Assembly: GCA_030704615.1 (NCBI GenBank)
Contig: JAKLZA010000027.1
Span: forward strand, 1-7,094
DNA: 7,094 bases
Origin: Takakia lepidozioides
Lineage: Eukaryota > Plantae > Bryophyta
Direction of reading: 5' to 3'
Positions within the stretch are counted from its first letter, which is position 1. Every line of letters begins with the position of its first letter. Shown in pieces: positions 1 to 7,094 of the stretch. Both the position numbers and the translations under genes were made by a program. A model generated the notes under the pieces. The model did not search any database, had not been told where the DNA came from, and was given only the letters and a program-made list of their open reading frames with translations.

Positions 1-7
1 CATGGGA

Positions 8-25
8 CTCCACACTATGGCGCCA
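8..25 (-). promoter_or_regulatory. PBS-like sequence directly after the putative LTR end
   Basis: The minus strand reads ...TAGCA|TGGCGCCATAGTGTGGAG. Its complement (GA)CTCCACACTATGGCGCCA has tRNA-3'-end geometry (G57 A58 N59 Y60 C61 ... G73 CCA). The cognate tRNA is not identified. Confidence 0.3.
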
Positions 26-383
26 TGCTAGCGCGGTGAGGCTCACAACTCGAGAAAGATGAGTCTCTCGCTCTTGCCGTGAAGATAACCACTCTAAGGC
101 CTAAATCTGCCTTGATCCCTGGATTGACACTTGGGCCAATCCCAAGGTCAATATGTAAAAGCTAGCTATTTCCTAGCTAGTTTCACACTAGTGGTAAAAT
201 AACTGACAGCTGTCGTGCGCATACATATCGCTACACAACTACATCGCTGTCCAAAACCACACAACACATGTGCACACCACACACTAGTATATACACATCC
301 ACCACTAGTCCAACCACTAGGCCACAACTAGCAGTCATTAGGCTGCCACTATGCTGCCCTCTATGGCGTCACTAGTCCACACA
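26..383 (-). repeat. Putative 3' LTR (~358 bp, TG...CA)
   Basis: Starts TGTGTGG at 383 just after the PPT. Non-coding, with a TATATA and several hairpins. A candidate end ...GCTAGCA lies at 26. There is no second copy in the window, so the distal end is unconfirmed. Confidence 0.5.
288..293 (-). promoter_or_regulatory. Candidate TATA box in LTR U3
   Basis: GTGTATATACT on the minus strand, ~90 bp inside the putative LTR start. Motif and position only. Confidence 0.3.
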
Positions 384-384
384 A

Positions 385-396
385 TCGCCCCCCCCT
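385..396 (-). promoter_or_regulatory. Polypurine tract (plus-strand primer)
   Basis: The minus strand reads AGGGGGGGGCGA-T-TGTGTGG, a G8 purine run ~260 bp downstream of the PHD and just before a TG dinucleotide. Confidence 0.7.
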
Positions 397-654
397 AGCT
401 GGTGCTTAGGTCCCTCTAGTCCAGGTAGCCACAAGATGTGATAGTGACCATAGCCTCACTAAGTCCTCCACCACTATCCCTACTACACTCAACTCGATGA
501 TCAAGAGGCCGGGTGCAAGAGTTGCCCCCATCGTTAGTTGCCGTCTTGCAACCTATGAACTGACGCTTGGGATCTCATGTATTGACTCTTAATGAGCTTG
601 GCCTCCCATTTCTTGTTAGCTGCCGCCATTCATGTCCACTGCCACTATCCAAGT

Positions 655-781
655 AGTGGGACACCACCAATCTCCGTCGAAACCTTCTCAAGAGTGTGTC
701 AAGCATCCCATATGACCAACCCCTTGAGCATCGATCACACACCAGCATGGTGGCTGCCCCTTTGGCACCCACGAGCATGCA
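655..781 (-). other. PHD finger at the integrase C-terminus, degraded
   Basis: ORF 575..865 gives RCML(C)G..GAATMLVCDRCSRGW. After a 1-nt slip the sequence reads cat atg gga tgc ttg aca (HMGCLT), ctt gag aag gtt (LEKV) and gac gga gat tgg tgg tgt ccc (DGDWWCP). This fits the Cys4-His-Cys3 PHD pattern, with the 2nd and last Cys damaged. Confidence 0.88.
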
Positions 782-869
782 CCTCACACCTGCAGGTACC
801 ACTGCCAGTTTGGGTTCAACTCTGCCATCGACATTGGGAAGGTAACATGGCGCACAATTACGCACATGG

Positions 870-2075
870 TCCTTCCCAAGTCATGTCATCCCGAGCCTCC
901 AAGATCAGACCCCGAGGGCAACACCTCTCGACCCTCAGAATAACACGCCCTGCAGTAACATCCATAATCGTAGAGCAGTCTGCTGCAAATAAACATAGTC
1001 ACCAGGGCTAAACCTCCGAACCCCCAGCGATATTCCTCGACCCACGTATAGTGGCATACCTCAACGTATCACGGTTGCAATGGCAAGGTTCTCAAAAAGC
1101 CCTGGGCATACTTTCTTTCTTGAACAACTCTGCACGCTGATCACATGCACGTACCCACACGTCCGGATCGTCAAGGTTAAGGACTTGAGCAGTGTCCCTA
1201 CAAATGGCTTGCAGGCAAATCCGGCTCTCGGCCCAAGAGAAGAAATATGGTGAGAAGGAGGCAAGTGATGCTTGTTTGCTGAACCTGTAGCCCATGGCTA
1301 ACCAGGAATTCTGAAGATCCAAATCTCTAGGTGTCCCTTCTGGCAAGCCATACTTGCGCAAATCCCTCTTCACCGTCTTAACAACTCTCTCCTCTCTGCT
1401 ATCATCGGCCTCAGGATGATCCCGAGAAGTGGTGCGGTGGTCTATCAAGGCTTTATCACACAAACCTGAAACTCCCCCAAGAACTCTCCTCCCTTGGTCC
1501 GTGAGTACCTCAGCTGGAGCACCAAATCGGCTAAGCACACGATCCAAGAATGCATACGTAGCCCCCTCACTAGCCTTGTCAGGCAATGGAACCAACTCAA
1601 TCCACTTGGAGAAGTGCTCCACATCACCAACACATATCTGTGGTGGCGCATAGTCGTTGGCAACGTCCTTGCGAAGTCAAGACTCCACCTGTAGCCCAAC
1701 CCATGATTGATAAAGAATGCAACTGTGGTGTAGGGGTGTTGAATGAAGCACGCACCCCTGTCACACACCATGCACCTAGCCATGAACTGTTGCATCCTCT
1801 GTATGCATACCACGCACCAATATTGCCTTGCAGTAAACTGAGAGTGCGTCGCACTCCAAAATGCCCCAACTCCTCATGGCATGCCGCACTAACCGTGCAC
1901 GTTGTGTGTGTGAGGCACAATCCTCACCCGACCATCCTCCCACACTCGAAGTAGGTATATCCCCTCCTACGTGAACCTCTTGGCTCGTTGCAGGATCCGA
2001 TCCTCTCCCTGGCAGTCACAGGGCCTGCCGTGTCTCCCGTGCAGAGGTAATCCAACACAGCCCAATCCTCATGTA
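870..2075 (-). pseudogene. Integrase (HHCC zinc-binding domain, rve catalytic core, C-terminal region), frameshifted
   Basis: HEELGHFGVRRT (His at 1878 and 1863) and CMVC (1774, 1765). Catalytic D in WSLDFA (1678), D in VLTDQG (1499) and E in ERVVKTVKR (1391), with 35 residues between the last two. Also EHFSKWIELVPL, RFGAPAEV, GYRFSKQASLASFSPYF and FSPGDYVYLQ. Confidence 0.95.
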
Positions 2076-2274
2076 TATCTCTAGCACCACCTGGCTCATC
2101 ACTAGCCTCAGGGTCCTCAGACACTCCGTCTACAATTCATCCTCCCTGTTTGTAGGTCCAACCTGACCTCCGATGCCAAGATACACAAAAATCAGATGCG
2201 TGCCATTCCGACAACCATCTCCTCGTCCGTCTCACCAGCCACCGAGCTCCAGTGTCATCTCTGCTGGCTCGTCA

Positions 2275-2460
2275 TGGATTGCGACTCAATCCATCCGCCC
2301 CCCTATTGACCAACCCGATCGATGCACAACCTGAACATGTCTCTCATGCTCCTCCACCGTAGCACAGATGCAAAGCAATTCCTATAAGCCTCAGGAACTG
2401 CCGTATACGTCGTCTCTCTCCTCCAGTGACAATGGATCCAATATCAAGCTCCCAATTGTC
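2275..2460 (-). pseudogene. Collapsed remnant of reverse transcriptase / RNase H
   Basis: Three fragments are joined. (1) Pre-RT helix LDIGSIVTGGERRRIRQFL/AYRNCFA (2448-2369). (2) ATVEEHERHVQ (2363-2331), matching the S-x-T-x-EEH-x2-HL motif that follows YxDD in Gypsy RT. (3) VVHR/GLVNRGADGLSRNP (2330-2275), the RNase H C-terminal N-x2-AD-x-LSR motif. No YxDD or TDAS motif is present. Confidence 0.82.
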
Positions 2461-2824
2461 CTCCGTAACTGCAACCTTCAGTCCAGTAGACTTAGAAGTA
2501 GAGGACGCTGTCCCGTTGTTTGCTATGCCGCACCTCATGAGCAGTACCCCCCTGCCTGCTCAGTCAATGACAAGGCCTCATCCTGCCCCATCATCTCATC
2601 CTTGAGGACCTCCTCAACCAAGAAGAATCCCCAACCTCATCCATCGACACACAGCCGCCTTGGCTGCCAACTCCCTCTGAACCTCGAGCACCTCCCACGT
2701 GTGCCATGGATGTCTACACACCCCCGTGGTCTTCAACACTGCTCGCCCCCACTCACTACCTGTACCTTCTCGGTAGGCAGAGAGACCGTCAAGGGACGTG
2801 CACTCCGCACTCTACGTTGCTCAG

Positions 2825-3790
2825 CCATAGCCAAGTTGATAATCCAGGTCAAGCAATTTAGATCCATTGCTTGCCCCAAAACCTGACGACGTGATGCCTC
2901 AGAAAGAGAAGACCCCGCCGTGGTCCCAGTGGAAAAACCCATAGAGCCCGCTCCTCGCTCGTCGGCATTAGGCTCCACTACCTGCTGTAATTGAGCATCC
3001 CACAGGAGGCCCGGTCCGCTATCCCAGAAAGCATGCGATCCTGGGAAGCTGAGAAGGTAGGTAATGTTTCTCGTGGTTGACCCACCTGTTGACCACGTGC
3101 CAAAGGCGAACGCATCGTGTCTCACACACTGAGATTGCCTCCCTGTGTCCAGAATGCTCTCCATTGTGAGATGTGCCGGGCCGCTGCACCCCATCAAATG
3201 CACGCTTGAGCAGTGCGGGTGGCATCAAGTTAGTCCACCATAGCCGTGGACGATGAGCCCATGACCCCACTGTAGCTGCATCTAGTAACACTACTGACCC
3301 AAGCCACGACCGGACTTGATGCACACTGGCCAATCCCGCTGGCCCTAGAATCGCCCATCACATGGCACATATCCAAGATGTAGCTGGAGATACAGCTTGA
3401 TGACGCTGCAAGTGGCGCAAAAACCCGCACCATCTCCCCAAACAGACCCAAACTCGAGTCTCGCAATCCATTGCCATGCCCGGCTGATGAATGCCCTTGG
3501 CAGGGCCAACCTGCCACTACCAGATCAATGGAGCCACCCGCTCCAATTCCATCCTTCCTCTCCCCCAGCACGAATTCTGCTGGCAAGGCCTACTGATATC
3601 CACGAATTGCAGACACCGACAACAACTCAGGGTACGCGCTGCAATCAACTGTGCAATATGGCGAAGTGAAACGCGTCGCAGTCTCATCCCTCTCCACATA
3701 CAGGTAACGAAACTCGTCACCGCCTGTACACAGCAGCCAATCCGGTGGCTGATCCCGCCAAACAAGTCCAAAAGACAAATGCCTTCATCC
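2825..3790 (-). pseudogene. C5 cytosine DNA methyltransferase domain (DNMT3-like) embedded in pol, frameshifted
   Basis: Motif I LLDLFGGIS/TGLAAV (3774-3730). Motif II YLYVERDE. Motif IV IDLVVAGWPCQGHSSAG (catalytic Cys codon 3502-3500), then GLRDSSLGLFGEMVRV. Motif VI is degraded: YIL-gat.atgtgcca where ENVP is expected (~3382-3362). Motif VIII LDAATVGSWAHRPRLWWTNL (R-x-R at 3252-3244). Motif IX EPNADER..MGF.TGTT (~2975-2920). Motif X RRQVLGQAMDLNCLTWII (~2888-2838). Confidence 0.93.
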
Positions 3791-4169
3791 GGATACTGCC
3801 AACAATAGGTGTGGTGTCCAATGAAACAACTGAGGTGGTCCTTGTGCAATCCCCGCACGCGCCTCCTCTCCCTGACGGTACAAAAACCTCCAACCAGGCT
3901 TGTTGCAAGCCCCCGTCATCAGCATCCCGCTGCAAAATCCTTGCTTGTGCCCCACAATGGAGTCTGAGCAAAGCATGGTTTAGGCCAACTCCGCCATACC
4001 ATACATGTCCTCCTGCTCTCCCAGAGATGGCACATCCTCTGAATGAGCGTCCCTCAAGCAACTCTCTAGGCCAATTCACTGCCGCTGTGATGCTGCTAGT
4101 GTCGTCATCTTTGCCTCGTTGGGCAAGCCGCAACTCCTCCTATGAACGTCACAAATAGCTACAACACGC

Positions 4170-4610
4170 CGGCCCTCCCCTGACTCTGCCATGCAGGCCG
4201 TAAGCAGCTGACTCCTCCCAAAAATACAGGGTGAAGCCCATGGTGTACAACAACTGCCGCCCCACCACCCATGACATCCGTATGAGACCACGTCTGTTAC
4301 AATGGCCTTGGCTCGCATCACTGAGCCATCTGTAGGGTGATCCGTCCGTATCTGATAGCCACCTCACGCTGTGTCATGCCCCGAGAGCCTGCTCCGATCC
4401 CCCAGAGTCGTCTGTATCTGGAAAGGACAAGGCTCCATATCCGCCTCTGTGAGCCCAAGCCTGCAATAGCAGCTCTGCCCGTCAGCATCAATGGCTGAGC
4501 TCCTGAGTCCAACAGACCTGCAATGGCCGTTCCTCTGCCTGCCGGTCCACTCAAAACAGAAAATGCCATCCTGGTTGTCTAACATGACAACTCCAGGTGT
4601 CACCATGGCG
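4170..4610 (-). pseudogene. Retropepsin-type aspartic protease domain, frameshifted
   Basis: Active-site motif LLDSGAQPLML, with the Asp codon at 4509-4507. It is followed across frameshifts by GLTEADMEPCPFQIQTTLG, MRAKAIVTDVVSY, (D)VMVG and LYTMGFTLYFWEE; the DVMVG segment corresponds to the C-terminal D-x-I/L-L-G motif. Confidence 0.82.
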
Positions 4611-5229
4611 CGCTCAAATGGCTGGCCTAGTTGGCAACTCCATCCACCTGGCAGCTGCAGCTTGCATGGCGGCGCCGTGGCAGTCTTGACCCTCAAATCC
4701 GAGGATCCCTCCGGCACTACACCTCCCACTATCTCCGCAGAAGATGAAGTAACATCCCATCCCCCTCTCACAAAGTGTACCTGCCAGCCTGACACCCTCA
4801 GCTGGTCTTACCCCCGATGTCGCAATCATGGTAGCCGAGAACATGGACCTAACACACAGATGTGGCCGCTCCTAGCAGCACACTAGCTGCCGTAGCCTTG
4901 GCAACACTAGGTAGTGGGTGTACCCGTAAGCTCTCCCCAATGGCGTAAAACCTCCGCCTCGGTAACAGTGTGGTGAGAACTAGGTGCCATGGATGGCGTC
5001 GACACTGTCTCCACCAATGTGAATGACTGAGGGAGCCTAGCCTGACGGCCTTGCCTCCCCACGCTGTGGATCCAACTCCACCTCTGCCCTCGTGGCTCAG
5101 GCACTCGTGCTGCTCCTCGAGTCACGCTGCAGCAACTCAACCTGCACTAGGGTAGTTTTTGCGCCGCACATGAATCCATCCTCCCCATATCTCCTCTCTC
5201 AGGAGGAGGAGGTTGGACCATTCATCCCA

Positions 5230-6752
5230 CCGGCCTTGGAGCCGGTAACCACCTAGCGCTGTAGCCATGGCATCGAGCCTCTGCTCTAGCTGCTGAAGCC
5301 GGTTAGCCATGCCTTGGTCACACCCTGACCTCCGCGTCGCTTTGACCATGTGAGCTTTGCCCTTGGCCAATACACCCCCGTGCCCTGGCCACCCTCGTCC
5401 TCTTTGGGCTACTCCCCCTCGCCCCTGGCCACCATTGTTCCCTTGGAACTGGCCTGGGCGCAACTCGGGTGCAAACCATAACCTGGGCCTCTCCATCCCT
5501 GCTTGCCACAATGCCCACACTGCAACTGTGCAGGTTCTGCATGTGCCGACCCTTTGCCTCCCTCTGGACAATCCTTCTTGACATGGGGTCCTCCACATGT
5601 CCAGCACACCACATCCACCCGTTTGTTGTCCAGCAAATGAAGGAGAGACCCTTGCATCTTAGGTCCTCTCTGCCTTTCCCTGAGCTTCACCTGACCCCCC
5701 TTGTTGCCTTGAGCACGTTGAGGTAGTGGTTGGCTAGGACCACCACTACCTCCGTGGTGTCTCCTTAGCAAATCCCACCATGGCCACTCGTTTCCTCCTC
5801 ACCATGTTTGAGCTCTATCCACTCTGCCAGCAAAAACACATTTGCTAAGGTGGGTTGGGCTGCTTGTAGGAGAGTTTGCATCCCCCACACCCTTCGTCCT
5901 CAGCTCCTTGTCCAATATCCCATAACCGGAATTGGACTGCTTGAGCTTCCGTAACCCCTTGGTTACATTTCTCAATCGCCTCATGCGAGTGAAAGCCCCC
6001 CTCAAGCTCTCGTCGGCTTCCGTTGGAACTCTTGCAAGCTCCGCAACTTCTCTGTCCTCACCCGGTAGTTCCCTATCAACTCTCTTCGAAGACCCACAAC
6101 AGGGTTGAAGGCAGCACAAGTACTAGTGCTGGTGCGGTAGTGGCTTGGGTGGACGTCGTAGTACTTGTAGCCACCAGTCCCACTAGTCCCACTGCTGCTT
6201 GCTGAAGCTGCCGGTGCATCGCAGGGTGTAGCACGGCCCCTCGTGGCGCTAGTGCCCCTAGGATGGTGAGACATAGTCGGGTGACTAATACATCCTCCAC
6301 TCCTTGTTCTCAACCTTCATGCCTCCGCCTGAACTCATGGTACATCCATAGGCGGCCCCTCAATGTGCTGACACAGCCCCTTTCATGCCATAAATACGTA
6401 AAAATTAGTTGTGGATTACGCATTTGCTGCAAATCACCACCTACAAACTCTTGGATAAAATCATCCAACTCGATGGTGCCCACCGCCCCAGAGTACCTTC
6501 GTGCCCCTTGGTAGCTCCATACTTTCCTCCATTGTGTCCCACAACAATGGCAAAGAAACAACTTGCGCCGCCGGTATGAGTCCCCTGATTCACAATCCGA
6601 ATCAGAACCTTCAGTAGAAGACACAGTAGGTGAAGGTGGCCTAAACCCGCTCACCCCTCGTCTCGTGTACCCCGAGTATCGCTAGTGCTCGAACCGGCAC
6701 TGTCCCCAGCAACTAGTGGCACCTCCGTTTGACACTCAACCGTCATGAACAT
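5230..6752 (-). pseudogene. gag: Gag polyprotein, frameshifted (capsid-like region plus nucleocapsid Zn knuckles)
   Basis: Stitched from ORFs 6310..6654, 6002..6313, 5799..6119, 5409..5771 and 5137..5607: YSGAVGTIELDDFIQEF..., EKLRSLQEFQRKP/DESLRGAFTRMRRL (similar to the retrotransposon Gag Q-x3-ES-x-R-x3-R-x3-L motif), YGILDKELR, then Cys/His knuckles and a Gly/Arg-rich tail. Candidate ATGs at 6752 and 6746 open a short frame that slips into the 6654 ORF. Confidence 0.8.
5460..5606 (-). other. Two nucleocapsid zinc knuckles
   Basis: CWTCGGPHVKKDC (C-x2-C-x3-H-x4-C, 5606-5568) is intact. CGHCGKQG begins at 5519 and continues across indels as (H)GEAQ(C)YGLHPELRP. Confidence 0.8.
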
Positions 6753-6870
6753 GTCCCTAACCCCCTCTCAACAAGGTAACCGGGTAGAGAACCTGTTGCG
6801 GCTTATGGTTTGGAATACTAAGTTCCTAACATAGCCTACACCTGTACATGCATCCACCGCAAGCACTCCT

Positions 6871-6988
6871 ATGGTTGGCTGGTCATATCACCTCCAACCT
6901 CACCACAGGATAAACAATGATGGTCTGGCTGGTCATCACCCCAGCCTCACCATCGACAACAGTGCTCTAAAGGACTGGCCGGTGATCA
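6871..6988. repeat. Degenerate tandem repeat with 50-bp period in the leader
   Basis: ATGGTTGGCTGGTCATATCACCTCCAACCTCACCA (6871-6905) versus ATGGTCTGGCTGGTCATCACCCCAGCCTCACCA (6920-6952). A third core CTGGCCGGTGATCA at 6975 matches the core at 6925 at 12/14 positions. Confidence 0.7.
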
Positions 6989-7094
6989 AATTCGGACCAA
7001 TCACCTATAAAAACAAGTGCCCACAAAAACTAGCATGTCGCACTGTCAAACATGTAGGATGTAGGGGATCCAAACACAAGAAATCAGAACGACA

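Larger units (their letters stand above)
26..7094 (-). mobile_element. Degenerate Ty3/Gypsy LTR retrotransposon carrying a C5 DNA methyltransferase and a PHD finger; RT/RNase H deleted (non-autonomous); 5' LTR not in window
   Basis: Colinear minus-strand remnants of Gag, Zn knuckles, protease (DSGA), RT/RNase H fragments and integrase. Integrase lies downstream of the RNase H tail, which is the Gypsy order. A PPT followed by TG is present. The 5' boundary is not determined. Confidence 0.92.

Noticed and set aside
1-25. 3' end of a tRNA gene on the plus strand
   Set aside because: The T-loop TTC is absent (TGG instead) and CCA is encoded, which is atypical of eukaryotic tRNA genes. At most this is a PBS-like copy.
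400-865. Chromodomain or env-like ORF after integrase
   Set aside because: The Cys/His pattern is PHD, not chromo. The remaining ~250 bp before the PPT is too short and has no coding signal.
2130-2820. Intact reverse transcriptase
   Set aside because: No YxDD, PFGL or TDAS motif is recognisable, and there is not enough space; only remnants at 2460-2275.
2825-3790. Bacterial restriction-modification or prophage methyltransferase locus
   Set aside because: The context is Gag, retropepsin, rve integrase and PHD. No endonuclease or operon structure is visible.
2825-3790. Host DRM/CMT/MET1 gene interrupted by a transposon
   Set aside because: Motif order is unpermuted. There are no UBA, BAH or chromo domains and no evident introns, and the domain is colinear with pol linkers on both sides.
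592-6514. Plus-strand ORFs (e.g. 592..1011, 1586..1954, 2368..2886, 3745..4158, 4491..4886)
   Set aside because: They are antisense shadows of the minus-strand gag-pol, Pro/Ser/His-rich, with no recognisable motifs.
6871-6988. CRISPR array
   Set aside because: Only 2-3 degenerate units with ~15-bp gaps, no cas genes, and a eukaryotic retroelement context.
6753-7094. 5' LTR and PBS of the element
   Set aside because: No visible similarity to 26-383 and no convincing CA-TGG junction. The 5' LTR is outside the window or lost.

Overview
Almost the whole window is one degenerate eukaryotic Ty3/Gypsy-type LTR retrotransposon on the minus strand. It is broken by many small frameshifts, so each domain is spread over several short ORFs in the track. 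Read 5'->3' on the minus strand, the order is: leader (~7094-6753); Gag with two Zn knuckles (~6752-5230); spacer; aspartic protease (LLDSGA, ~4610-4170); C5 cytosine DNA methyltransferase with motifs in I-X order and DNMT3-like signatures (~3790-2825); an almost completely deleted RT/RNase H (only ~190 bp of remnants, 2460-2275); integrase (HHCC, D,D35E, ~2075-870); PHD finger (781-655); PPT (396-385); putative 3' LTR (383-26). The notable points are a methylation 'writer' (DNMT) and a chromatin 'reader' (PHD) inside the Pol region, and the near-surgical loss of RT-RNase H by what look like two microhomology-bounded deletions. DNMT-carrying retrotransposons have been described in dinoflagellates and charophytes, so a streptophyte host is a plausible inference but cannot be shown here. 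No 5' LTR is visible in the window. Domain boundaries are approximate because they were stitched by eye across frameshifts.
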